64,000 nucleotides of DNA from Geopsychrobacteraceae bacterium (GTDB taxonomy: Bacteria; Desulfobacterota; Desulfuromonadia; Desulfuromonadales; Geopsychrobacteraceae), in contig OY759353.1 of assembly GCA_963662315.1 (NCBI GenBank), positions 3,232,001-3,296,000 on the forward strand, read 5' to 3'. This document shows positions 48,096 through 57,205 of this stretch, in pieces. The position numbers were made by a program, and so were the translations under genes. Each line of letters starts with the position of its first letter. Within the stretch, counting starts at the first letter, position 1. Under the pieces are notes generated by a model. The model was not told where the DNA came from. It made no database searches and saw only the letters and a list, made by a program, of their open reading frames with translations.

Positions 48096-48854
48096 ATGTC
48101 AGTTATCAATGATGTTTATGCCAAAAAACACTGTCGCTCCAAGCATAAAAAAGGAGGGGCAGAGAATGGCCGGGCTCTGGTCTTCGGAAATCTCTGTTTG
48201 GCGCAGGACAAGTCCGGGACCGATGCGCTTAAAGATGTGACCGGGGTTATTCTTGCTGGCGGCGCTTCAGCGCGTATGGGCCAGGACAAGGCGCTGCTTA
48301 AATTGGGCGATGTGACCCTGATCGAAAGAGTTTACCACGTGCTGAAGCAACTCTTTAAAAACGTTCTGGTGGTGACCAATGCGCCTGAGAAACTGGATTT
48401 CTTACCGTGCCGAAAGATTACTGATCGGTTTAGCGGTGCCGGAGTTTTGTCAGGGCTGCATGCCGGCCTGCTTGCTAGTACGACTGAGCGTATTTGCGTC
48501 GTTCCATGTGATGCCCCGTTTCTCAACGCCGAGCTGTTGACCCATATGTGCTTGGTCTCTAGTGACTGTGATGCGTTGGTTCCTGTGTCGGCCAGTGGGA
48601 GCAAGCCTTTGCATGCAGTTTACAGCAGGCATTGCCTACCCGTACTCAATGATCTTCTGCTTACCTCGGACCGGAGCCTGGAGCATTTGCTCGCCCAGGT
48701 CAGGTGTCGTTATCTGTCGCCTGCAGAATATCAGGGGATTGTTGGTGCCGAGCTATCGTTTTGTGATCTTGATTTTCCTGAGGAGTATCACGGTCTGACA
48801 GCGTCACCAGGGGCAGAGCACGGCATGTCTTCAGGGCACGGCAACAAGGGGTGA
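48096..48854 (+). CDS. mobA: Molybdenum cofactor guanylyltransferase (start uncertain: ATG 48096 or GTG 48237)
   Basis: VILAGGASARMGQDKAL, GAGVLSGL, PCDAPF and PLHAVY. Confidence 0.85.
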   Translation: MSVINDVYAKKHCRSKHKKGGAENGRALVFGNLCLAQDKSGTDALKDVTGVILAGGASARMGQDKALLKLGDVTLIERVYHVLKQLFKNVLVVTNAPEKLDFLPCRKITDRFSGAGVLSGLHAGLLASTTERICVVPCDAPFLNAELLTHMCLVSSDCDALVPVSASGSKPLHAVYSRHCLPVLNDLLLTSDRSLEHLLAQVRCRYLSPAEYQGIVGAELSFCDLDFPEEYHGLTASPGAEHGMSSGHGNKG

Positions 48855-48860
48855 TCGCTG

Positions 48861-50042
48861 ATGAAGGATGAACGCACCAATAAAATTCCGGGTCTGGATT
48901 ACTTTTCCAGCGAATGTGCGGGGTGTGAACTCTGCTATGCCGAGTGTTCGATACTGAATGGCCTTAATATGAGTCCGCATCAGTTGGCTAATACACTGCT
49001 TGGCAACCAGGAACTTCCCGCTGATATTGTCAGTCTGGTGCAACAGTGCTCCCTGTGTGGGTTGTGTAGTAGCCATTGCCCTTTTGGACTGAATCCCGGA
49101 GACCTGATGCAGTCAGCGCGTCAGAGTCTGATAAACGCAGACAGTATCGAAGCTGAAGCCTATCAGCCCATGCTGGTTGATCAGCAGCATCATTTTTTCT
49201 CATTATTTCGCAGTTCCTGGCAGATTGATTACAGTGACCTCAAGCGCGATAACTGTGAAACTCTGTTTTTTCCCGGTTGTAGCCTGTCCAGTTTTGCCCC
49301 CGAGTTGACCCGTAAGGTCTTTAGCTGGTTGCAGGATCAGGGGATGGATCCTGGTTTCAGCGATTCCTGCTGTGGTTTGCCATTGGCCAATATTGGTTTG
49401 TCCGAGCGTTGCCAGACCCATGTGGCGAGGTTGGCCTCTGAATTTGCCAAGGCTGGCGTCACCCGCATAATCAGCGCCTGCCCGAACTGTTATTACCATT
49501 TACAGAATCAGTTTGCCGCTATTGAGGTGGTTTCTCTTTACCCGCTTTTGGAAGCGTCCGGTATCCAGGTGCCATCCGGTATTAAGGCGACGATTCACGA
49601 TTCCTGCCCGGACCGTTACACTGGAACCATCGGGGAGTCGTTGCGCACTATTATGAGTGCTACTGAAATTGTTGAGATGGAACATCACGGGTCCAAAACC
49701 ATTTGCTGTGGTTCTGGTGGCATTGTTTCGATGGTTGCTCCCGAAGTCAGTCAAGAGCGAGCTGAACTGCGTATTGCCGAAATCAAGGCAAGCAAGGCTG
49801 ATATCTGCGTCAGCACCTGTATGGCATGTGTCAAGCGTCTGCATGTTGAAAATGATGACAGCCCGGAAGTTGTCCATCTGCTTGAACTGATTTTTGACCG
49901 CAAAATCAATCATGATCAGCTGCAGCAGCGTTTGGAAGAGATGTGGCAGGGGGAACTGGGACGTCGCAACCTGGAGTTACTTGATGATTTGGGTCATGTC
50001 CATGCCAATCAAGCAACTAAGTCACCTGAAAGAGTTTCATGA
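48861..50042 (+). CDS. Fe-S protein with two CxxCxxCxxxC motifs and two CCG domains (HdrD/GlcF-like)
   Basis: CAGCELCYAEC, CSLCGLCSSHCP, FPGC, SCCG, ACPNC, HDSC, ICCG and TCMAC. Confidence 0.85.
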   Translation: MKDERTNKIPGLDYFSSECAGCELCYAECSILNGLNMSPHQLANTLLGNQELPADIVSLVQQCSLCGLCSSHCPFGLNPGDLMQSARQSLINADSIEAEAYQPMLVDQQHHFFSLFRSSWQIDYSDLKRDNCETLFFPGCSLSSFAPELTRKVFSWLQDQGMDPGFSDSCCGLPLANIGLSERCQTHVARLASEFAKAGVTRIISACPNCYYHLQNQFAAIEVVSLYPLLEASGIQVPSGIKATIHDSCPDRYTGTIGESLRTIMSATEIVEMEHHGSKTICCGSGGIVSMVAPEVSQERAELRIAEIKASKADICVSTCMACVKRLHVENDDSPEVVHLLELIFDRKINHDQLQQRLEEMWQGELGRRNLELLDDLGHVHANQATKSPERVS

Positions 50043-50148
50043 CTTTTAATAGCTATCCATCCGCCATGTTCTGGATGGTTTGTCGTCGGTTTTCGAGCCG
50101 GGAGAATCCCTTTTCCCTATGTAAACTGACTGGATAAAAGGAAGGCAC

Positions 50149-52419
50149 ATGACCACCGTAGCGAATCGCCATATGACCTCGAAAAACCAGAAGACAAACT
50201 GTCGTCTCTGCAGTTATTTATGCGGGCTGGAAGCAACGATTGAAAATAATAAAATAACTGAACTCAAGCCTGACCCCAGCCGTTACCCATACGACAGCTC
50301 TATAGTGCTTGGCTGCCGTAGGTTTCACAGTAACCTGGAATTTCTCAATCACCCGGACCGGATCAATTATCCGCTAAAGCGTGTGGGAGAACGGGGTAGC
50401 GGGCAATGGCAGCAGGTCAGCTGGGAAGAGGCTCTGGATGACATTGCCGAACGTCTGACCGATCTTAAAGCCGAATTTGGGGCAGAGACGCTGGCGACAG
50501 CTATAGGTGGTCCTCATACCACGTTCTGGCCGCTGCATCGTTTCATGAATCTGTTCGGCAGTCCCAACAATGTCGGTATTGGGCAGATCTGTTGGAATCC
50601 TTCTATCTGGGTGAACAGCCTGACTTTCGGTTGGCCGCTGGAAAACGAAATTGATCCCGATAATACCGAATGTGCCATTCTGTGGGGGGTGAACCCGGCG
50701 GAGTCAGATAACTCCCTTTTTTGGCGCCAGGTCCTGGCCTACAGTAAAACCGGGCGCCCGCTGATTGTTATTGATCCGCGCAAAACCCGGACCGCATCAT
50801 TGGCGACGCACTGGATCGCTCCACGTCCCGGCAGTGACGCCGCCTTGGCTCTGGGGATGCTGCATGTGGTTATTCGTGAGGGCTGGTACGATCCGGACTT
50901 TGTCGCCACCTGGTGTCACGGCTTCGAGCAGCTGAAGAACCATGTCAGCCAGTATACGCCGCAAAATGTTGCCAGGCTGACCGGGCTTGAAGCGCAGACC
51001 ATCGTCACTATTGCGCGCTGTTACGCAACCGCGCGGCCAGCAAGTATTTTTCACGGCCGCGGCATCGATCAGATTGGCCACAACAGTATGCAGGTGCATC
51101 GGGCTATTGCCAGCCTGAAAGGGATCACCGCCAATATTGATCTCCCCGGGGCCTGCCACCTTTCCGAGATGCCCGAATATGTTCCCGAGATCGATCTTGA
51201 GCTGACCGAACGCTTAACTCCGGAGCAACGTGCCAAGCAACTGGGGCGTAGTCAGCTTATGTTACAGACCTATGCCAGCTACGAGCGACTTACCCGCCAG
51301 ACCATGAAACATGGCAAACGGCTGCCAGCCCGCTATCTGACATCGGCCCAACCCAACCTGGTGTGGCGGGCTATGCTTGAGAGTGATCCCTATCCGGTGC
51401 GTGCCCTGGTCGTTAGTGGCAGCAACCCGCTGATCTGTCAAGCTGATACCCAGTTGATTTATAAGGCGCTGAAAAGTCTTGATCTGCTGGTGTCCCTGGA
51501 ACTGTTTCCCAACTCGGTCAGCTGCCTGGCCGATTACGTTCTCCCCATGGCAGGGAGTCTGGAACGGCCGGTACTCCAGACCAATGCCGGGGTGGCCAAT
51601 ATCGCTTATGGTGGGCCACAGGGGATAAAGCCCTTGTTCGAGCGGCGTACTGATTTTGCCTTCTGGCGTGACCTGGGAATTCGTTGTGGCCAAAATCGTG
51701 ATTGGCCGTGGCGTAATTTCGCTGCCAGCCTCGATCATGTTGTCAATCCCCTAGGGATGGACTGGGAAGGATTCTGTGAAAAAGGGTTGCATGCCCCGGC
51801 ACCGGAATATCTCAAGTTCGAGCAGGAGCACAATGGTCAGCCCCGTGGCTTCGCAACCTTCAGTGGTAAGATTGAGCTGTTTTCCGAACTGCTGCAGGAA
51901 TTTGGTGCCGACCCTCTGCCGGTTCACAAGCCCATGTCCCGACAAGATGACATCTTACCGCTGGTGATGGTCAGTGGCGGGCGCAAGCAGCCCTACTGGG
52001 CGTCATCGTTCCGGCAATTGGCCATGCTCAAAAAGAAACCGAGTCGGCCAGAAGCTGAAGTCTGCCAACAGACCGCCGATGACCTGGGCCTGTCCGATGG
52101 CCAGCAGGTGTGGGTTGAAACCGAGCGTGGTCGGGCCCGCTTTCATTTGAAGGTCATCGATATGCGCCCTGGTGTCGTCAATGTCGATTATGGCTGGTGG
52201 TTTCCCGGGCAGAGCCTGACGGGGAACGATCCCGGCGGGATGTTGCAGGCCAATGCCAATCTGCTCACTAATGCCGATTTTGATAAGTCTGATCCTCTGC
52301 TCGGGCAGTGGAAGTATAACGATCTTTCATGCCGTATTGTGCCGGTATCAAACGAAGAACAGGATCAGGAAACAGTTTCAATGACTGATAGTGTTTCCAT
52401 TAATACTAAAGGAGAATAA
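50149..52419 (+). CDS. Mo/W-bis-PGD oxidoreductase of the acetylene-hydratase-like family, cytoplasmic
   Basis: C-x2-C-x3-C-x30-C, HPDRINYPLKR, RFMNLFGSPN..QIC, LADYVLP..LERP and SGKIEL; no Tat signal. Confidence 0.88.
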   Translation: MTTVANRHMTSKNQKTNCRLCSYLCGLEATIENNKITELKPDPSRYPYDSSIVLGCRRFHSNLEFLNHPDRINYPLKRVGERGSGQWQQVSWEEALDDIAERLTDLKAEFGAETLATAIGGPHTTFWPLHRFMNLFGSPNNVGIGQICWNPSIWVNSLTFGWPLENEIDPDNTECAILWGVNPAESDNSLFWRQVLAYSKTGRPLIVIDPRKTRTASLATHWIAPRPGSDAALALGMLHVVIREGWYDPDFVATWCHGFEQLKNHVSQYTPQNVARLTGLEAQTIVTIARCYATARPASIFHGRGIDQIGHNSMQVHRAIASLKGITANIDLPGACHLSEMPEYVPEIDLELTERLTPEQRAKQLGRSQLMLQTYASYERLTRQTMKHGKRLPARYLTSAQPNLVWRAMLESDPYPVRALVVSGSNPLICQADTQLIYKALKSLDLLVSLELFPNSVSCLADYVLPMAGSLERPVLQTNAGVANIAYGGPQGIKPLFERRTDFAFWRDLGIRCGQNRDWPWRNFAASLDHVVNPLGMDWEGFCEKGLHAPAPEYLKFEQEHNGQPRGFATFSGKIELFSELLQEFGADPLPVHKPMSRQDDILPLVMVSGGRKQPYWASSFRQLAMLKKKPSRPEAEVCQQTADDLGLSDGQQVWVETERGRARFHLKVIDMRPGVVNVDYGWWFPGQSLTGNDPGGMLQANANLLTNADFDKSDPLLGQWKYNDLSCRIVPVSNEEQDQETVSMTDSVSINTKGE

Positions 52420-52423
52420 GCGT

Positions 52424-53269
52424 ATGAGGATTCAAAAACATGCATTGATATTCTTTACCAAAGTACCAACCCCCGGGTTGACGAAAACCCGTCTGACTAA
52501 AGAACATGGTGGAATCTTTACTCCTGAAGAAGCTGCTGACCTGTATCAGGCGGTTATGCTCGATACGGCAGAAGTCGGTTTCCGTGCTCTGGAGATGCTG
52601 CAGAAAGAGTCGACCAACAATAATGGTCAGGACGTCTACGATTTCTTTGTCTGTGCCACCCCGGAAGAAGATCATCCGCGCCTCAAAGTAATATTTGAAG
52701 AGATTGAGAGCAATATCCCGCTCCATTTTATTGCGGACAAAGGGACCAACTTTAACGAACACTTTAACGACAGCTACCAGCAGCTGTGGGCCAAAGGGTA
52801 TAGCAGCGCAGTAGCGATTGGCGGTGACCAGCCGCAGATGACCACTGGTAATATTATCAAGGCATTCCATTGGCTGAAAAACTTTGCCAGTGACTATGAT
52901 GGTCTGGGATTGGTCCATTGCCCCTGCCAGGCCTGTGGTGTTTCCCTGGTCGGTCTGACCAAGGATACCCCGATGGATTTTGAAGGTGTTTTCTATAATG
53001 CCGCAGGGGTTTCAGCCCTTGACGCCATTATCAATATCTGTGAGGACGAAGGGATTCCTGTTGCGGCGCTTGAAACCGTCGCTGATATTGATAACGTCGA
53101 AGACCTGGCTCATGCCCTGAGCCTGGCCCATTCACAGCAGTATACAGCGCGCTACCAGCCTGATGTCATTGTGCCAGAGCGCTTTTTAGCCTGGGCTGAA
53201 GAGGTTGGTTTGCAGGTGACCACCCCACCAAACAATGACCACGATCCGAGGGAGTTAATCGATGCCTGA
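52424..53269 (+). CDS. DUF2064/TIGR04282-like nucleotidyl/glycosyltransferase-fold protein
   Basis: FTKVP.PGLTKTRL, AADLY, IGGDQP and DIDNVEDL; RBS AAAGGAG before ATG 52424. Confidence 0.75.
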   Translation: MRIQKHALIFFTKVPTPGLTKTRLTKEHGGIFTPEEAADLYQAVMLDTAEVGFRALEMLQKESTNNNGQDVYDFFVCATPEEDHPRLKVIFEEIESNIPLHFIADKGTNFNEHFNDSYQQLWAKGYSSAVAIGGDQPQMTTGNIIKAFHWLKNFASDYDGLGLVHCPCQACGVSLVGLTKDTPMDFEGVFYNAAGVSALDAIINICEDEGIPVAALETVADIDNVEDLAHALSLAHSQQYTARYQPDVIVPERFLAWAEEVGLQVTTPPNNDHDPRELIDA

Positions 53270-54248
53270 AGTAAAGGTTGATAGAGAACGCTGTACTGGT
53301 TGCGGTATGTGTGTCAATTTCTGCCCGGTCGATGTTTTCGAAATGCAGACACTTGGCGCAGCTGCAGCCATGGTGGCCGAACCGATCCGCAGCTCGGATT
53401 GCTGGGCCTGTGATACCTGTGTCGGTCAATGTCCGGTAAACGCTATTACCATTATTGAAAGTCGCGAAGAGGCAGCAGCGCGTGCTGAGGCGATAACACC
53501 ATCCGCACCTGCGCTTCCGGAAGCAGAGCGGGCTCGCTACCAGGAGTGGCAACAGATTCTGATGAACACTCTTAAACTGCGTTGGAATCCGGTTGCCATA
53601 TCGCTGATCAAGCAAGAAGATCCTCTTCCTGATGTGCCTATGCCAAGGGTCAAGCTTAGATTTTGTCAATCACTGATGATGGCCCGCAGGGGAAAATCGG
53701 TGATGATGCCGGCACAATGTCACGCTTGTCCAGACGGGACCCATATTCTTGGTCTGACCGAGATTCCACCTAAACTTGCCAGCGGTGAAATGTACATTCA
53801 CTTCCGTAAACTGGATTCCATGGACGCCGCCAGACAGATGATCAAGGAACGGCCTCAGCTGCCATCACGCTCAACCAAGGCAACCCTGGTTGCCCCACTG
53901 GAAGCAGCAGCGGTGACTCCGGATGTTATCGCCATTATTGCTCAGCCTGAGCAGATTATGTGGCTGTGCATGAGCGCTGCTTATTATACCGGTGAACGGT
54001 TTAATTTTCAGGCCTGCGGTTACAACGCCCAGTGTGTGGAGACAACCCTGCTTCCTTATACCAGCCAACGCTTCAATATCTCCTTTGGCTGTTATGGCTG
54101 CCGGGCCAGTTCGGATGTCAGCGATGACCTGATGTTCATGGGAATTCCTACCGCCCAGATGCCGGATTTGATCAAAGGGCTGCAGAAGCTGGGATCAAAG
54201 GCTATTGGCGATTCCCGCAATAAGATTTATTTGCCACCAAATATCTGA
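53262..54248 (+). CDS. 2x[4Fe-4S] ferredoxin fused to a DUF169-like domain
   Basis: CTGCGMCVNFCP and CWACDTCVGQCP, then PVAISL, RFCQ..ARRG, CPDG..LGL, PDVI and SFGCYGCR. Confidence 0.8.
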   Translation: MPEVKVDRERCTGCGMCVNFCPVDVFEMQTLGAAAAMVAEPIRSSDCWACDTCVGQCPVNAITIIESREEAAARAEAITPSAPALPEAERARYQEWQQILMNTLKLRWNPVAISLIKQEDPLPDVPMPRVKLRFCQSLMMARRGKSVMMPAQCHACPDGTHILGLTEIPPKLASGEMYIHFRKLDSMDAARQMIKERPQLPSRSTKATLVAPLEAAAVTPDVIAIIAQPEQIMWLCMSAAYYTGERFNFQACGYNAQCVETTLLPYTSQRFNISFGCYGCRASSDVSDDLMFMGIPTAQMPDLIKGLQKLGSKAIGDSRNKIYLPPNI

Positions 54249-54278
54249 CGTCTTGCCAGATAACGGAGTTGCTTTGTT

Positions 54279-54318
54279 CCGCATGAAGATCACTGTGATC
54301 TTCATGCGGTTTTTTTTT
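54279..54318 (+). terminator. Rho-independent terminator closing the Mo/W-enzyme operon
   Basis: CCGCATGAAGATCA/TGATCTTCATGCGG followed by 9 T. Confidence 0.88.
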
Positions 54319-54513
54319 GTCCAAAGTTTGTAAAAAACACCCTTCTGAAAACAGCAAAAACTCATTTTCCTCATCGCCTGAAAGTCACAAAAATAAAACA
54401 ATAATAGCATGTTGTAAATTTCTCATTAACAAGATGACGATTTGTGTTAAGATCGATGCTTCAATCGGCATGGTGCCGGTTGAAGAACGACTAAATGACT
54501 AAGGAGAAACTAA

Positions 54514-54903
54514 ATGAAAATGTTGAGTAAGTCGTTATCCGTGGCAGCCATGGCGGGTGCCTGTATGCTTGCTTTCACTCTTGGCGGGTGTAGTGGTAAG
54601 GACGAGGCGTCGGTTGCCAGCCAGCAACCGCTGGAAAACAGTCGTACAGAGTCTGCGGAGAACCCTGTACAACAAGCAGCAGATAGCGCTGCGACGAACG
54701 TTACAGAAGCTGCCGAACAGGTTGCAGAGAAAATTGAAGAGGGAGTCGCACAAGCGCAGGATGTCGTTGCAGAAACAGCGGAAGCTGCTCAGGAAGCAGG
54801 TAAAGAGGTTATGAATCAGACTCAGGAGCTGACGGAAAACGCTCTGGATAGCGTAGCAAGCACGAAGAATGAGGCACCCTCTGCCGAGGAAAGTCATAAT
54901 TGA
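54514..54903 (+). CDS. Ala/Glu-rich putative lipoprotein
   Basis: Signal peptide with lipobox LGGC; low-complexity helical body; RBS AAGGAG. Confidence 0.75.
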   Translation: MKMLSKSLSVAAMAGACMLAFTLGGCSGKDEASVASQQPLENSRTESAENPVQQAADSAATNVTEAAEQVAEKIEEGVAQAQDVVAETAEAAQEAGKEVMNQTQELTENALDSVASTKNEAPSAEESHN

Positions 54904-54931
54904 TTGAAACTCTTGGCTTAAAATGACATTG

Positions 54932-54970
54932 AAGCTCACTTTTCCCAGTTATGGGGAAGTGAGCTTTTTT
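54932..54970 (+). terminator. Rho-independent terminator
   Basis: GCTCACTTTTCC..GGGGAAGTGAGC followed by 6 T. Confidence 0.75.
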
Positions 54971-55104
54971 AATTCCAGAGTAAACGGGATATCCAGATTT
55001 AGTTATTGATAGATAAAGAATAGACATAGTTTTAAAAGAAGTGGTGGACAGGTTATACTCGAATTCGAATTCTGTGAACCCCATCTTTCAAGCGAGGGCT
55101 GACG

Positions 55105-55944
55105 ATGAAATATTTTGAACGGTTCAGGGTCAAACCGGGTAGTAAAGTTAATCTTGATGTGATTGATCCGAATGAAAAGGGGCATTTTAAAGATAAGAAG
55201 CACGCACTTCTTGAGACAGAGGAAGAAGTCGAAAAAATGCGTGAACTGCAGTATCTGATGTACGCTGAAGGAAAGCATTCTCTGTTGATCTGTCTGCAGG
55301 GGCGTGATGCTGCCGGCAAAGATGGCACTATCAATCATGTGTTGTGGGCGATGAATCCTCAGGGGTGTGCCGTTAAAGGGTTTAAGGTGCCGACCGCAGA
55401 AGAGGCTGGCCACGATTTTTTGTGGCGCTATCATAAGGAAGCTCCCGGCAAGGGGCAGGTCAGCGTCTTTAACCGCTCTCACTATGAGGATGTGCTGGTT
55501 GTTCGGGTCCATAATCTGGTACCTGAATCGGTCTGGACAAAACGCTACAAACAGATCAATCATTTTGAAAAACAGCTGGTCCAGAGCGGAACTCATATCC
55601 TGAAATTTTACCTGCATATCGATGCTGACGAGCAGTTGGAGCGTTTTAAATCCCGAATTGACGATCCGAGCAAACACTGGAAAATCAGTGACAGCGATTA
55701 TGCCGAGCGCCCTTTCTGGGATGATTACACCAAGGCTTTTGAGGCTGCACTCAGTGAATGCAGTACCGACCATGCCCCCTGGTTTGTGATTCCGGCCAAT
55801 CACAAATGGTATCGTAATCTGGTCATCTCCAAAATTATCAATGAATATCTAAAATCATTGAAGATGGAGTATCCCGATCCCAAGGTCGATATTTCCGAGA
55901 TCAAACGTAAGTATCACGAGATCAGAATGCAGGAAAAGGACTAG
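55105..55944 (+). CDS. Polyphosphate kinase 2 family protein (class III-like)
   Basis: QGRDAAGKDG, HDFLWR, FNRSHYEDVL and KHWK. Confidence 0.92.
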   Translation: MKYFERFRVKPGSKVNLDVIDPNEKGHFKDKKHALLETEEEVEKMRELQYLMYAEGKHSLLICLQGRDAAGKDGTINHVLWAMNPQGCAVKGFKVPTAEEAGHDFLWRYHKEAPGKGQVSVFNRSHYEDVLVVRVHNLVPESVWTKRYKQINHFEKQLVQSGTHILKFYLHIDADEQLERFKSRIDDPSKHWKISDSDYAERPFWDDYTKAFEAALSECSTDHAPWFVIPANHKWYRNLVISKIINEYLKSLKMEYPDPKVDISEIKRKYHEIRMQEKD

Positions 55945-56318
55945 TCTGAGTTGCTATTTATGCAATCAGAGCTATCGCAAGGTTTGGAAACCCCAGAGTA
56001 TCAGCGTATGGTCCATACAAAGGGAAGATTGACATGAATTGATGTGGAGGGACCGATGATGCGTTTTTTCAGAGTGGTTGGTTGCGATAATTATAGTTCG
56101 GACAATCTGCTCGACTTGCTCATGATCACGATAACTTAACCGGGATATTTTCCATCAGCACGATGGGTGAAAATTAAAGCGTCGCAAATACGGCAGGTTA
56201 GAAAAAATGTTTAAATTGCTCTTGTCCGTATTCAGCGGCATCGCTATATTGACGCGAAAATCCATTCACTAGGGAATCATTTCACTGATCAGCCAATCTA
56301 TCTGAAAGTCGAGAAGTT

Positions 56319-57089
56319 TTGAAAACCACAGCTGTAGATATAAAAGGAAGCATTCTGACCGTATTTGTACTGCAGATAAACAGTACCGATCTGAGTGCGC
56401 TGACAACACAGATAACGGAAAAGATCACCAGGGGAAATGTCTTTATGGTCAATGCCCCGGTGCTTGTCGATCTGAGCACCTTGACAGAAGAACAACAGCC
56501 TGAACTGAACCTTGCCGAGTTATTGAAGCTTCTGCGTGAACTCGGGGTTGTTCCTGTTGCTGTGCGAGGTGCCGTGCCAGTGCTGGCCGACCAGGCTGTT
56601 GGTCATGGTGTAGGAATCCTGTCCACTGCCAAGGTTCCGCGGGACCAGGATCCCGATAGCGAAGTTAAGGAAAGTTGCGCGGCGGAGAAGGCCGAGGTCC
56701 AGGAGAAAAAGGCTTCTGCCCCTGTTACAGAACCGGGAGGCGGCTATAAAACAAAAATTATTACCCAGCCTGTGCGTTCCGGCCAACGGGTGTTCTCCCC
56801 GGGAGATCTGATTATTCTTTCGTCAGTCAATGCCGGTGCGGAAGTTCTGGCCCGTGGGAATATTCATGTTTATGGCGCCTTGAGGGGACGGGCTATGGCA
56901 GGGATCGAAGGCGACGAAGATGTTCGTATCTTCTGTATGCAATGTAATCCGGAATTGATTGCGGTAGCTGGTGATTACATGGTCAACGAATCCCTCGATC
57001 GTAATGTGATCAATCAAAGCGTCATGGTGACCCGTGATGCCGATGGCCTGATTTTCAGCCCATTGCCTAACGGAGTCCCGAAACCCTAA
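56319..57089 (+). CDS. minC: Septum site-determining protein MinC
   Basis: PVRSGQ, VNAGAEV.A.GNIHVYGALRGRAMAG; TTG start uncertain. Confidence 0.93.
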   Translation: MKTTAVDIKGSILTVFVLQINSTDLSALTTQITEKITRGNVFMVNAPVLVDLSTLTEEQQPELNLAELLKLLRELGVVPVAVRGAVPVLADQAVGHGVGILSTAKVPRDQDPDSEVKESCAAEKAEVQEKKASAPVTEPGGGYKTKIITQPVRSGQRVFSPGDLIILSSVNAGAEVLARGNIHVYGALRGRAMAGIEGDEDVRIFCMQCNPELIAVAGDYMVNESLDRNVINQSVMVTRDADGLIFSPLPNGVPKP

Positions 57090-57205
57090 CAGACAAGTTG
57101 CGGTCACAATGGTCGTGACAGCACCTCAGTTTCTCTTGCACACCAGCAGGGCTGAGGAAATGAAAACGTGGTTAAGCAAGTACAGTGTTCAAAGGAGGAA
57201 GAACC

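Noticed and set aside
46645..50148. Moco/Wco riboswitch or selenocysteine recoding in the Mo cluster
   Set aside because: No recognisable riboswitch consensus, and no in-frame TGA at a conserved Cys position was seen
50149..52419. Calling the gene a true acetylene hydratase
   Set aside because: The catalytic Asp position is Ser, so only a family-level call is supported
53262..53460. Ferredoxin domain as HgcB (mercury methylation)
   Set aside because: No terminal CC motif, it is fused to another domain, and no hgcA is present
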